Below, in pieces: positions 37,893 to 46,932 of a DNA stretch of 64,000 bases. Under the pieces are notes generated by a model. That model had not been told where the DNA came from. It saw nothing but the letters and a program-made list of their open reading frames with translations, and did not search any database. The DNA is taken from the IMG/VR virus record IMGVR_UViG_3300043399_000877, positions 248,001-312,000 of that record, one strand, 5' to 3'. Numbering within the stretch: position 1 is the stretch's first letter; each line of letters opens with the position of its first letter. A program made the translations under genes and the position numbers.

Positions 37893-38874
37893 TTATATAC
37901 CTCGCGTTTAATGCCTCTGCGTATCCTTCAACCTGTTCGCCAATTTTGACTAGGTTCCACTTTGCGCAGAATTTCATAAGTTTTAGTCCAACTTGCTGGA
38001 CTTCTTTTCCCGGGTTGTTGCGTATTACTTCGTCAAGTCGTTGTCTAATGTGATCGGGCTGCGCAGTTAAGTCACACAGCATCACGTTACGCTGATAATC
38101 GTCCATTACTCTATGTTCGTCACCGTTGTGATCCACCCAACGCTGCAACATAAGGTTGTTCCAATAAAATCCTTTGTTTTTGCGGTCGTTAAAAGCTTCA
38201 GTAAGGCCTACCTTGTTTTTAGTTCCTTTAACACGGACACCCGGGTATGCACTAAAGACGTTGTCACCGCTATCACCGCGCATGCATTTTTCGAACAGCA
38301 ACCATTCAGGATCCGGAGCCGGCTTTACTATTCCGGTCTTTTTATCCTTAACAGGTTTTCCACGATCGTCAAAATAACCCTCATGGGTTGTTACAACACC
38401 GGCAACTCCGTTGTATTGTTTCACATTTGGAGAAATCAATTGTGCAAAGTCGCCATCAGTGCTAATTATCACATGATTGTCATTGGGATGGTTTTGAATC
38501 CATCCAGCGATAAGATCGTCAGCTTCAAGAACCGGATCTTGCAATACCGAGCAGTTTGTTTTATCTTTAATAAAAGAAAGAAACTCGTCATAAACTTCCC
38601 AGAATACCTTATCTTCTTCGACTTCGTTAACAGTCATCGCCGCCCGAGTTTCAGCACGATTTGCCTTATAAGGTTTGTAAAAGTCCTTGCGCCAACTACG
38701 TCCTTCAAGCATAAAAACCACATGAGTGCCTTTAAAGTCGCGCCATGCCTTTTTAATGCTGTTGAGGGTAACGTGGAGAGCCATGCCAACTTTTGTATCC
38801 AAATCGCCGCGCACACTATGGCGGGCTCGGAAAAAAGTGTTCATAGTATCAATTAGTATGTATGTGTTCATCAT
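37864..38874 (-). CDS. rnh: T4 RNase H-like 5'-3' exonuclease/flap endonuclease
   Basis: LIDTMNTFFR, SWRK..Y..YK.NR, EADDLI, STDGDF.QL, GDSGDNV. Confidence 0.9.
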   Translation of the reverse strand: MMNTYILIDTMNTFFRARHSVRGDLDTKVGMALHVTLNSIKKAWRDFKGTHVVFMLEGRSWRKDFYKPYKANRAETRAAMTVNEVEEDKVFWEVYDEFLSFIKDKTNCSVLQDPVLEADDLIAGWIQNHPNDNHVIISTDGDFAQLISPNVKQYNGVAGVVTTHEGYFDDRGKPVKDKKTGIVKPAPDPEWLLFEKCMRGDSGDNVFSAYPGVRVKGTKNKVGLTEAFNDRKNKGFYWNNLMLQRWVDHNGDEHRVMDDYQRNVMLCDLTAQPDHIRQRLDEVIRNNPGKEVQQVGLKLMKFCAKWNLVKIGEQVEGYAEALNARYINEHQSQTST

Positions 38875-39083
38875 GCTGCCATTAAAAGTAGTAAGAATTT
38901 CTTACGATCGTGTATTTCAAAAAAAGCACCCTTGGCGGTTACTTCCACGCAAAACCCGTATTGATCCAATGTCCAGTGTTCATACGAACGATACTTTTGT
39001 TTTAAGGAAGCTATGTTTTCCAACCATGCTTCATACAACACTGAAAGATCTACATTGTAATTAGATACGGGTTCGTATGTCAT
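38871..39083 (-). CDS. Hypothetical protein
   Basis: ATGA overlaps on both sides. Confidence 0.6.
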   Translation of the reverse strand: MTYEPVSNYNVDLSVLYEAWLENIASLKQKYRSYEHWTLDQYGFCVEVTAKGAFFEIHDRKKFLLLLMAA

Positions 39084-39550
39084 GAAACCTCAGATTTGCC
39101 TTTGCTGATAGGTACAACATTAATATAACCTGCGCCACGTGAAGTGTCAAGCCCTTCTTCAGCAAACATATTAAATACAATCTCTCTAAACCAACGATCA
39201 ACTATCTCTTCTTCAGCATCGCCGTCAGCACCGTAACCGTTTAGTTTAAGTTCTTGAATAAAAAACTCGTTCCAGTCTAGTTCAAAGAATCCGTTTCGTA
39301 CATTATCTGGATTAACTCGGGTATCCAATACTGCAACATACGGTTCACCTTTTTTGGTGGCGCGTTCTTTGGGACTTAATCTCGCAAGTTCGGCTTCCTC
39401 GGTAGCCTGCCGTGCAGCTTCTTCCGCTTCCAGCCGTTCTTTGCGTAATCGCGCAATCTCTTGCTCTTCTTGTTCACGGCGAGCGGCGGCCTCGACAGCC
39501 GCCTGCTCTAATTCAGCAACTCCAGTAATTCTTTTAAGCCATTGCTTCAT
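39080..39550 (-). CDS. Hypothetical phage protein
   Basis: ATGA overlaps. Coiled-coil N-terminus. Confidence 0.7.
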   Translation of the reverse strand: MKQWLKRITGVAELEQAAVEAAARREQEEQEIARLRKERLEAEEAARQATEEAELARLSPKERATKKGEPYVAVLDTRVNPDNVRNGFFELDWNEFFIQELKLNGYGADGDAEEEIVDRWFREIVFNMFAEEGLDTSRGAGYINVVPISKGKSEVS

Positions 39551-39891
39551 ACCGGTATAATCCTTTTTTCAACTTTAAACCCTGCAAGTCGTTGTAGATT
39601 TTCAGGATCCTTCATTTCTTCTTCTATTTCATCTAGACGCTTTTTAATTCCTGTCGGATCAAGCATGTAATCCGACTCTTCCTCTGTAAGGGGAGGCATG
39701 TCTTTTTCGGCAAGCAAATGATTGCATTGATCAATAAGATCCTGTTGCTCTCGAGTATACTTAGACTTAGTTGGCTCTAGTGGTTTAGAGTTATGCAAAA
39801 CCACACTACCATCATCCATTTTTTCTCTCAGCTCAATCATTACTTCAAATGACTCTGGAACTATTCTTTTTATTAGCGCAATCTTTCTCAT
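39547..39891 (-). CDS. Hypothetical protein
   Basis: Operon context. Confidence 0.6.
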   Translation of the reverse strand: MRKIALIKRIVPESFEVMIELREKMDDGSVVLHNSKPLEPTKSKYTREQQDLIDQCNHLLAEKDMPPLTEEESDYMLDPTGIKKRLDEIEEEMKDPENLQRLAGFKVEKRIIPV

Positions 39892-39892
39892 T

Positions 39893-40765
39893 TTATGTCC
39901 CCCATGCATTACCAAATAGTGTTATATGGAGTCTTGGTGTGAATCTCCATCCTTTTTCCATCGCGAGGCGCGCCACTTGTTGAACTGTGAGATCGTATCC
40001 CTCAGTCCTACCTCCAAGCGGCATAAGATATACTGGACACTCAAGACCAGCGGCTCGGAATTCGGCGACGGCACGCTCAACTTCGTCCACATCAATTTGA
40101 TCTGCGACCACAAACTTGAGATAAGTGTCTGAGTTATTAATCCTACTATACTCAAGAGCAATTTCAGGATTGATAGCATCTTCCCAGCGCTCGCCCGATA
40201 CGGAAAGCTTCGGACTGCAACTCCAAGTAACCTTAAATCTTGTTTGATTGTTGAGATAATCTCGGAACTCTTCGTGTAGATGTTGTGTAGTATTTGTTTC
40301 AAACGTAACATTCTTTAAATCCTGCATCCCAGGATGTTCAAAAAGCTCTACATACAGTCGTTGCCATGCAAGCAACGGCTCACCACCGGTCATAATCAAA
40401 TGTATGTCTTGCCCGTTGTCCTGGGTCCATTTTCCGTTAGGTATTAAACTTAGAAGATGTTCCACAACTTCATCAACTGTGCGATCTTTCATCAAGTGCT
40501 TAAATTCCGGATAGATGCTTGCATAAGTATCACAGCCAGTATGAACCAGTGGTAGGTCTTCAAATCTATTTACCTTTTCTGGAACACCATCTTCGATAAG
40601 TTTCTTAACTTCTGGATTATATCTACTTTTGTTTGATCCGCGAGGTAAACCAAAGTTTTGACAACGGAAGTTACACCCGAATGTTCTTAAAAACAAGCTG
40701 GGAACACCCACAAACTTGCCTTCACCTTGAATGCTGTAAAACGCTTCACTATAGCGCAACTTCAT
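39893..40765 (-). CDS. queE: 7-carboxy-7-deazaguanine synthase (radical SAM)
   Basis: EAFYSIQGEG..GVPS.FLR..GCNFRC...GCDT, TGGEPL, ETN, SPKL, TPRLH. Confidence 0.9.
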   Translation of the reverse strand: MKLRYSEAFYSIQGEGKFVGVPSLFLRTFGCNFRCQNFGLPRGSNKSRYNPEVKKLIEDGVPEKVNRFEDLPLVHTGCDTYASIYPEFKHLMKDRTVDEVVEHLLSLIPNGKWTQDNGQDIHLIMTGGEPLLAWQRLYVELFEHPGMQDLKNVTFETNTTQHLHEEFRDYLNNQTRFKVTWSCSPKLSVSGERWEDAINPEIALEYSRINNSDTYLKFVVADQIDVDEVERAVAEFRAAGLECPVYLMPLGGRTEGYDLTVQQVARLAMEKGWRFTPRLHITLFGNAWGT

Positions 40766-41052
40766 TTTAACATCTCCATATTTACTATTCTCGCAACACG
40801 TTCACCAATGTCGTCTTCTTTAGGAATTACATACAATTGAACTTGCGTTTGGTCAACTCTTCTATCGTAACGTCTGAATTCCATAACATGGCCGCCGGTT
40901 GCAGAATATATTCTAAAACTCAAATCACTTTCTGCATCAATACCGCTGCGCGTTGCCGGGTATACACCGGAATCAACTTTTACTGCGTTTCTTCCAGCGT
41001 ATTCCCATGCCTCACGACACTTTTTCTCAAACCATCTATCAAACCATTTCAT
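40762..41052 (-). CDS. Hypothetical phage protein
   Basis: ATGA overlaps between folE and queE. Confidence 0.7.
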   Translation of the reverse strand: MKWFDRWFEKKCREAWEYAGRNAVKVDSGVYPATRSGIDAESDLSFRIYSATGGHVMEFRRYDRRVDQTQVQLYVIPKEDDIGERVARIVNMEMLK

Positions 41053-41735
41053 CTTGGTGCAAAGTCCTGTTGTAGTTTAATATTATGGAAAAACTCTTCT
41101 TTGGTGCTAGCATCGTTCATAAAGCGACCTTTGAGCACAGTAGTTTGTGTAAGACTGCTGTGCGCCATAATTCCGCGGTTTTCGCAGCAGCCGTGTTGTG
41201 CTTGGATGTAAACACCCACGTTTTCACTACCAGTTGCTGACATAATTTCTCTGGCAATGTCCATTGCCAGTTCTTCTTGCAGTGTACCGCGACGCGCACA
41301 CCATTGTGCGATACGAGTGTATTTGCTCAACCCAATGAGGGTATCAGCGGCGATAATACCGATGTAAGCAACTCCTGTAACTGGCTGGTGGTGATGACTG
41401 CAAACACTTTTTAATTCGCTACGAACAACCAACATGCCAGTGTAAGGCTCGTTCGTGTGATTTGGGAATGCTGTAGCATTCGGTTTAGGATAATAGCGCC
41501 CGCGCATGAGCTCATTCACGTACATTTTAGCCAAACGACGACCGGTATCTTGGCTGTTGGGATCGTTATCTCGATCTATAATCAGGCTGTCTAATACTTC
41601 ATTAAACTTGCCAGTTAGTTCGTCAATGAGTTGTTCTTTTTCACCATCCATGATGAAATCAGATATATTATCAGATGCCCAAAATCTTGCGCCAGCGTCT
41701 TCTATTCGTCCCTTGATTGTTTTTGAAATGTCCAT
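41049..41735 (-). CDS. folE: GTP cyclohydrolase I
   Basis: T.RRLAKMY, SVCSHH, IGLSK..R, LQE, H.C...RG, T....G.F, EEF. Confidence 0.93.
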   Translation of the reverse strand: MDISKTIKGRIEDAGARFWASDNISDFIMDGEKEQLIDELTGKFNEVLDSLIIDRDNDPNSQDTGRRLAKMYVNELMRGRYYPKPNATAFPNHTNEPYTGMLVVRSELKSVCSHHHQPVTGVAYIGIIAADTLIGLSKYTRIAQWCARRGTLQEELAMDIAREIMSATGSENVGVYIQAQHGCCENRGIMAHSSLTQTTVLKGRFMNDASTKEEFFHNIKLQQDFAPR

Positions 41736-41768
41736 GTTGTCTCCGAGCTTGTTATTTAGAAAAGAAAA

Positions 41769-41819
41769 GGTACAATACACTTTTAAATGTATTGTACCAC
41801 GTATTTAGGTTTTTGTCAA
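41769..41819 (-). promoter_or_regulatory. Sigma70 promoter overlapped by an 11-bp hairpin/terminator upstream of folE
   Basis: TTGACA-17 bp-TACAAT. The -10 box lies in one arm of GGTACAATACA-N8-TGTATTGTACC, which is followed by a T-rich run. Confidence 0.65.
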
Positions 41820-42208
41820 GCAGTTTGTATGAGTTCTTTACCAACAGCATACAATGCGGCAGCAACAACTAGGTTTTTAAGGACACTGGTCAATTCCGGT
41901 GTAATAAGTTCTCCACCAACCAGCGGAACGTGGAACATCACCGTTGCCAATAGTGTAAACGCAAGCAGTGCGTAGGCGACATAACCTTGCTGGGTCTGTG
42001 ACAGAACCGGGACAATCAAAGCCAACCCTAGTAGGATTTCAACTGCAACGGCCGCAGCCACCAGCACTGTGGCAAACGGATATCCCATCACAGTACCAAC
42101 AAAACCAACGGTTCCGGCAAAACCATAACCAAAACCTAAAATCGGGACAATCTTAGTAATACCAAAAATTACAAAAAATAGTCCGAGTACATATCTTAAA
42201 ACTTGCAT
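41816..42208 (-). CDS. DoxX-family membrane protein
   Basis: R..LG.FF..G..K, EI..GL.L, FH, KNL. Four hydrophobic helices. AAGGAG RBS. Confidence 0.8.
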   Translation of the reverse strand: MQVLRYVLGLFFVIFGITKIVPILGFGYGFAGTVGFVGTVMGYPFATVLVAAAVAVEILLGLALIVPVLSQTQQGYVAYALLAFTLLATVMFHVPLVGGELITPELTSVLKNLVVAAALYAVGKELIQTA

Positions 42209-42271
42209 CAATTTCTCCTTTTCGTCAAGTATGTATGTTATATAGCACACAGATATAGTTAAATCAAGCAA

Positions 42272-42297
42272 TAGTTGTGTGCAACTGCACACAACTA
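42272..42297 (-). terminator. 12-bp hairpin (probable terminator) followed by a TTGATT-17-TATATA promoter-like element
   Basis: TAGTTGTGTGCA-AC-TGCACACAACTA. Confidence 0.6.
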
Positions 42298-42304
42298 CTC
42301 TGCA

Positions 42305-42517
42305 TTAACTTTTAAAGTACTTGTTGAGGATTTCTAGATGATCCTCATATTCAGCCATGTGGGCTAATTCTTTTTCAATAGCATCCATAATATCGCTGTG
42401 TTCACCGATACCTGCAGGATTACGAAGATACACTTCGATGTTAACGCGATGCTTTTCGACGTGAGCCTTGGCATGCTTGCGTACAGCTTGCAGCATCATC
42501 TCTCGCATTTCGTCCAT
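42305..42517 (-). CDS. Small hypothetical phage protein (NPAGIGEH motif)
   Basis: TAATG coupling to the upstream mini-ORF. Confidence 0.75.
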   Translation of the reverse strand: MDEMREMMLQAVRKHAKAHVEKHRVNIEVYLRNPAGIGEHSDIMDAIEKELAHMAEYEDHLEILNKYFKS

Positions 42518-42633
42518 TACTGTTTTTCCTTACGCTCGTTATACTCTTTGAGCTTTAAAGAGTATTGTTCTTCAGTTAATGCATGCCAACCAACACATTT
42601 GCCAGTCGGTGATCTTCCACATCCACAAGTCAT
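42517..42633 (-). CDS. 38-aa CDGSH-like [2Fe-2S] mini-protein
   Basis: Not in the ORF track. MTCGCGRSPTGKCVGWHALTEEQYSLKLKEYNERKEKQ. ATGA and TAATG coupling to both neighbours. Confidence 0.7.
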   Translation of the reverse strand: MTCGCGRSPTGKCVGWHALTEEQYSLKLKEYNERKEKQ

Positions 42634-43202
42634 TTTTCATCCTTTCTTAACCATGAATCCTGTTCCCAGGGATAGACAAGCCATTGATCTTTTTCACGCT
42701 TGTCAACTTCGTGCCACCAATAGTCTGGCTCGAAAGAACTGCCCCAGTTTTGCGTCATTACAGCGAAACGAACGTTTTCCTTCCATACGCTGTTCCACAT
42801 GTCTTGTTCGTTAGGAAAACAACTGCCTTCCCAATCTTTCTTAATCCAATTAAACGTGTTACCACTGTCGTTTATGTCGTCTACGATAAGGATTTTTTTG
42901 CGTTTTTTAATATCCCAGCGGCTTTTGACATACTCACGTTCGCCTTCGTCAACATAACCGACAGCCATTTCCGGGAGCCAGCAGTTGGTTTCAGTATCAG
43001 CATTTGGTTCGCCATCACGCAGTTGCACCTTAACAGTGTGCATCGGAATGCCGATACGGTGACTTAAAATTAAAGCTAATGGCAATCCGCCACGTGTTAT
43101 TCCCACTACGCAGTCAGGTAGCCATTTGTCCTTCAGCAAATTCATTATAATGCAATCTGCTGCGGTTTCCACGTCTCGCCAAGTGTAATATACTTTATCC
43201 AT
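42630..43202 (-). CDS. Type I purine phosphoribosyltransferase (Gpt/Hpt-like)
   Basis: VGITRGGL, ILIVDDINDSGNT PRPP loop, WLVYPWE. Confidence 0.9.
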   Translation of the reverse strand: MDKVYYTWRDVETAADCIIMNLLKDKWLPDCVVGITRGGLPLALILSHRIGIPMHTVKVQLRDGEPNADTETNCWLPEMAVGYVDEGEREYVKSRWDIKKRKKILIVDDINDSGNTFNWIKKDWEGSCFPNEQDMWNSVWKENVRFAVMTQNWGSSFEPDYWWHEVDKREKDQWLVYPWEQDSWLRKDEK

Positions 43203-43542
43203 TGCTTACCATCGCTTTTATAAGTTCATAATTCTCTTTTGCCGCCTTTAACGTTGGGTATTTTTCCACCATTTCGGCTAATTTTTTCTCTTCATCCATC
43301 TTCCGCTCAGCCCATTCCACAATGTAATCAAGTCTAGGCCCGAGTGAAACAGTTATGTCAGCACCACCGCATGGCATCCAGCATCCAGTGCGCCCATCCC
43401 AATACTCGAACTTACCATAATTAATGCGTATATTTCCGTCGTTTGGGATAGTGTCACTGGGTTGATACCTTGGTGTATGATTGTTTAAGTGTAGCATTAT
43501 GTTGGCATCGTATGAGCCCACGTTGTCTATAAAAGCGCTCAT
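43195..43542 (-). CDS. Hypothetical protein
   Basis: Operon context. C-terminal KYPTLK motif. Confidence 0.65.
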   Translation of the reverse strand: MSAFIDNVGSYDANIMLHLNNHTPRYQPSDTIPNDGNIRINYGKFEYWDGRTGCWMPCGGADITVSLGPRLDYIVEWAERKMDEEKKLAEMVEKYPTLKAAKENYELIKAMVSNG

Positions 43543-43859
43543 TTCAGCCTCTCGAATGTACGATACTTTTCCATCTCTTGTTCATATTGATCTTTGAGTT
43601 CCTTTAGACGTGGATATTTCGATTCCATATCCACATCACGCTTTAACAACATCAAAGCATCGCGCATTTCGTCAATTTCTCTCATAACATCTCTACCATT
43701 TACTGTTAATGCAGCAGAAATGCTAACAGTGCGGTCTTTGCCACCACTTACGATTATGGAAGCATCTCCATATCCAGTGCTTGTATAAGACGTATCAATC
43801 TCGTAGACTGATACGCCCGGTGATGTAATGGAACTTTTAGGAATGTTTACGAAGGTCAT
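43539..43859 (-). CDS. Hypothetical protein
   Basis: Operon context. C-terminal KYPRLK motif. Confidence 0.65.
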   Translation of the reverse strand: MTFVNIPKSSITSPGVSVYEIDTSYTSTGYGDASIIVSGGKDRTVSISAALTVNGRDVMREIDEMRDALMLLKRDVDMESKYPRLKELKDQYEQEMEKYRTFERLK

Positions 43860-44853
43860 TTTCCATCATCTCGCTAACCAAGTCGTCAAACGAGTAATTT
43901 CTATGCCACTTTAAGACAGTTTCTGCCTTCTTGGGATCACCAATTAACAGGTCAACTTCTGCAGGACGATAAAAATTCGGATTAACCTTGACAACAACTT
44001 TGCCATCAATTCGACCAACTTCGTTAACATCGTTGCCTTCCCAGATAATGGTTTTGTTTACGTGACGAACAGCCGATTCCACAAACTCGCGGATTGTGCG
44101 GGTTTCACCAGTTGCAAGCACATAGTTATCAGGCTCTTTATGCTGCAACATCTGCCACATGCCATAAACATAGTCTTTCGCATGACCCCAGTCGCGACGT
44201 GCATTCAAGTTACCTAATTCAACATGCGAACGCTCTCCACGGAACACTTCTGACAATTGATATGTAATCTTTCTAGTCACAAACTCCAACCCACGACGCG
44301 GGCTTTCGTGATTGAAAAGGATACCGTTGCAACCAAACAGTCCATATGACTCTTTGTAGTTTTCAACCGACCAATATGCGAACAACTTGCCAACACCATA
44401 TGGCGATCTCGGATGGAACGGAGTCTTTTCCGATTGTGGAATTTCATGCACCTTGCCGTACAGTTCCGATGTTGAAGCTTGATAGAACTTGGTGTGTGGA
44501 ATCATGTCCAACTGACGTAAAATATCCAAAATTCTCAGTGTACCAAGTGCATTAATGTCGCATGTTTCAACTGGATTTTCAAAGGATACTTTAACGTGAC
44601 TCTGAGCAGCCAAGTTGTAAACTTCATCTGGCTGCGCAATTTTAATAATTTGATACAACGCAGCAGTATCAGTTAAACTTCCGTTATGCAAGTTTAATCT
44701 TGGATGATTAAGAATATTCTTAAGATGATGGCGCTTTTCAAGTGCTCCGCGACGTATAATGCCGTGGACACTGTAACCCTTATCTAGCAGAAGTTCTGCT
44801 AGATAAGAGCCATCTTGTCCGTTTATTCCTGTAATAAGTGCTGACTTCTTCAT
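43837..44853 (-). CDS. gmd: GDP-mannose 4,6-dehydratase
   Basis: ITGINGQDGSYLAE, NLAAQSHV, QASTSELYG, SPYGVGK, LFNHESPRRG, RDWGHAKDY. Confidence 0.96.
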   Translation of the reverse strand: MKKSALITGINGQDGSYLAELLLDKGYSVHGIIRRGALEKRHHLKNILNHPRLNLHNGSLTDTAALYQIIKIAQPDEVYNLAAQSHVKVSFENPVETCDINALGTLRILDILRQLDMIPHTKFYQASTSELYGKVHEIPQSEKTPFHPRSPYGVGKLFAYWSVENYKESYGLFGCNGILFNHESPRRGLEFVTRKITYQLSEVFRGERSHVELGNLNARRDWGHAKDYVYGMWQMLQHKEPDNYVLATGETRTIREFVESAVRHVNKTIIWEGNDVNEVGRIDGKVVVKVNPNFYRPAEVDLLIGDPKKAETVLKWHRNYSFDDLVSEMMENDLRKHS

Positions 44854-44855
44854 TT

Positions 44856-45932
44856 TTACCTCAATATTTCTCTAACCATTTCAGTCGGGTAAGTATAGTT
44901 TTTCACAATGTGCTCGCATTGAGCCTTATACTCGGCTTCGCGAATATTGTCATAATTATACATGAGATCAGTCAAATAGTCAACAAGTTGTTGCCGATGT
45001 TTCAGATAGGAGTCAAAACTTTCAGTCCATTCTGATGGATACTTAAAACAATCCAAGTAAATTTCCGAATAACAAGCACGATCCGGTACTGCTGGTAATG
45101 CACCGCACATGGTGCCTTCAAGTTGACCATAGCCAAAGTTTTCGTGCAGCGAGCAACTGAACACAATCTTTGATTCTCCCAGCATACGGAAGTAATCATC
45201 CTTGGAAAGTTTCTGATCCTGAGTGATCACATACTCCCAGTCTTGGGGCAGATAGTTAACTAAATCACGGAAAATTTCCGGTTGCTTGTCTGAATTTAGA
45301 CGATGGGTAAACACGATCTGTTTTTTGCGATCGGTGTTGTTCTGGAACGGACGGCACTTCTCTTCAAGGTGTATTGACGGATGGGCTGATTTAACAGCAC
45401 GATCAAAATGCTCCACGGGTATGCCCAGGTTATGCAAGAACATGTCTTTATGGAAATGGCTTGCAAAGTAATTTTGTTTACAAGCATAATACCACGCACG
45501 TTCCTGGTTAAAACTCCATTCCTTGCCAACCTTCATACCCAAAATGTCAGTTGGGTCGTGAGCACCTGCTTCCCAAATGCCGTGAATCTCGACGTCGATA
45601 TCGAGCAACTCGCTCATGTAAATGATCGGGGTGATTACAAAGTTCCATGCGTCCGTAATTAAGAAACGGTCACCGTCCTTTACTTGGTTGGTAGAAAACA
45701 GCCGGCTTATAGCAACCGCTTGAGAACCTTTGTAAATATTTGTTTGTGCAAAATCTAAAAATGCACCTTTTGTAGTCTGGTCAGCAACAGCTTCACCATC
45801 GATAGTTTTTACTTGGAAGTTTTTACCAAGTCTTTGAATTTCTTCGTTGAGGATTTTTGGAATATCCTCATACCATATTGCAGTATAGCGATTAGAAAGC
45901 GGTTCAATAGGTACTACCCAAATTGTGTTCAT
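44856..45932 (-). CDS. GT-B (GT4-like) glycosyltransferase
   Basis: FTHRLNSDKQP and SLHENFGYGQLEG (EX7E). Confidence 0.8.
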   Translation of the reverse strand: MNTIWVVPIEPLSNRYTAIWYEDIPKILNEEIQRLGKNFQVKTIDGEAVADQTTKGAFLDFAQTNIYKGSQAVAISRLFSTNQVKDGDRFLITDAWNFVITPIIYMSELLDIDVEIHGIWEAGAHDPTDILGMKVGKEWSFNQERAWYYACKQNYFASHFHKDMFLHNLGIPVEHFDRAVKSAHPSIHLEEKCRPFQNNTDRKKQIVFTHRLNSDKQPEIFRDLVNYLPQDWEYVITQDQKLSKDDYFRMLGESKIVFSCSLHENFGYGQLEGTMCGALPAVPDRACYSEIYLDCFKYPSEWTESFDSYLKHRQQLVDYLTDLMYNYDNIREAEYKAQCEHIVKNYTYPTEMVREILR

Positions 45933-45954
45933 ATAAATTTTCCTTAAAGAAGAA

Positions 45955-45982
45955 TTGGAGGTTATAAGAATATAACCTCCAA
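45955..45982 (-). terminator. 12-bp hairpin, probable terminator
   Basis: TTGGAGGTTATA-N4-TATAACCTCCAA followed by TTCTTCTTT on the - strand. Confidence 0.6.
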
Positions 45983-45992
45983 GTAAAAGTTT

Positions 45993-46199
45993 TTAGTGCT
46001 GCTTGTGGTTGTGGCGCTTGTTTCGTTCTTTGTAAGCAGCCTTATTTTGGAATTTCAAGTAAGCCTGCCAGTTATAGTCACGGTTGTTGTAAAGAGCCTT
46101 TTCATCAAAAACTCTACCGTCACCTTCAAACCTGCAAAAGTTTCGATAAGCATCGAGATCGTCGAAAATCTTTTTCACTACAGGATTGGTAATAGCCAT
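45993..46199 (-). CDS. Hypothetical phage protein
   Basis: Has its own promoter-like element and a GGGGA RBS. Confidence 0.7.
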   Translation of the reverse strand: MAITNPVVKKIFDDLDAYRNFCRFEGDGRVFDEKALYNNRDYNWQAYLKFQNKAAYKERNKRHNHKQH

Positions 46200-46250
46200 T
46201 GTATTTCCCCATTTAGGTTAGATGTTGAATGTAACCTTTGTTACCCTTAC

Positions 46251-46279
46251 AAGCTAACACATTGCTATTAAATTGTCAA
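46251..46279 (-). promoter_or_regulatory. Sigma70-type promoter
   Basis: TTGACA-17 bp-TAGCTT. Confidence 0.6.
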
Positions 46280-46297
46280 CTAAAATAACGATCAAGT

Positions 46298-46720
46298 TTA
46301 TTCTGGAATATACTTGATAATACCATCAGACTCGCCGTCTTCTGACACCACAATAGTGTATTCACGATCCGCACCGTAAAGCGGAATAAGATGCTGTTCT
46401 AAAATTTCATTTGCTATCATTTCACAACTTTTATGATCCATGTTTCCGTTTTTAATGAAATCACGCAGAGCCCATTTTACTAAGAAAAATTCTAACTCTC
46501 GATCATGGTGTGTAACCGATGCAGTTACTTCTACTTTAAACATGTGCCTGTGATCAACTTCTAGAAATTTAATTCTAGGATCAATTTCTCCTGCATTTGG
46601 GTAACGATGGAAGCCTTCAAATTCAGTTCTTACTGTTATATAACTCTTTATCATACTTAACTCTTTTAATTTTCTTAAAATATATGCATGGTAACGCTCT
46701 TGATGTTGTTCACCATGCAT
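46298..46720 (-). CDS. QueD-like (6-carboxytetrahydropterin synthase) T-fold protein
   Basis: F..FH, HRH Zn motif, SCEMIA, VSEDGE. Context with folE and queE. Alternative start at 46654. Confidence 0.7.
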   Translation of the reverse strand: MHGEQHQERYHAYILRKLKELSMIKSYITVRTEFEGFHRYPNAGEIDPRIKFLEVDHRHMFKVEVTASVTHHDRELEFFLVKWALRDFIKNGNMDHKSCEMIANEILEQHLIPLYGADREYTIVVSEDGESDGIIKYIPE

Positions 46721-46725
46721 AACTA

Positions 46726-46932
46726 TTACTCGCTTGACGTACCCATTTTGCTCATAATGCGATGAATTTCATCCTTGAGCCAAAGTTTTTGAGTTTTTAA
46801 CTTATATACTTCCGGAGAAGTATTAAGGTTTCCGTACTCACGTTCGATATATTCATCTAATTCTCGGTGTTTACGAATTAGTTCTTCAAGATGTGTACTG
46901 TCTTTATCAATCTGCGCAGCGTAATTGCTCAT
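46726..46932 (-). CDS. DUF465/YdcH-like small coiled-coil protein
   Basis: L...HRELD..I......LK..KL.LKDEI. Confidence 0.7.
   Translation of the reverse strand: MSNYAAQIDKDSTHLEELIRKHRELDEYIEREYGNLNTSPEVYKLKTQKLWLKDEIHRIMSKMGTSSE

Noticed and set aside
43195-43859. Shared KYPxLK..Y motif in two adjacent small proteins
   Set aside because: The similarity is real but too short to support any functional claim.
46200-46297. Possible preQ1 riboswitch in the intergenic region next to the queD-like gene
   Set aside because: There is only a weak AGGTTA/TAACCT hairpin and no preQ1 consensus or A-rich tail. It lies downstream of queD, not in its leader.
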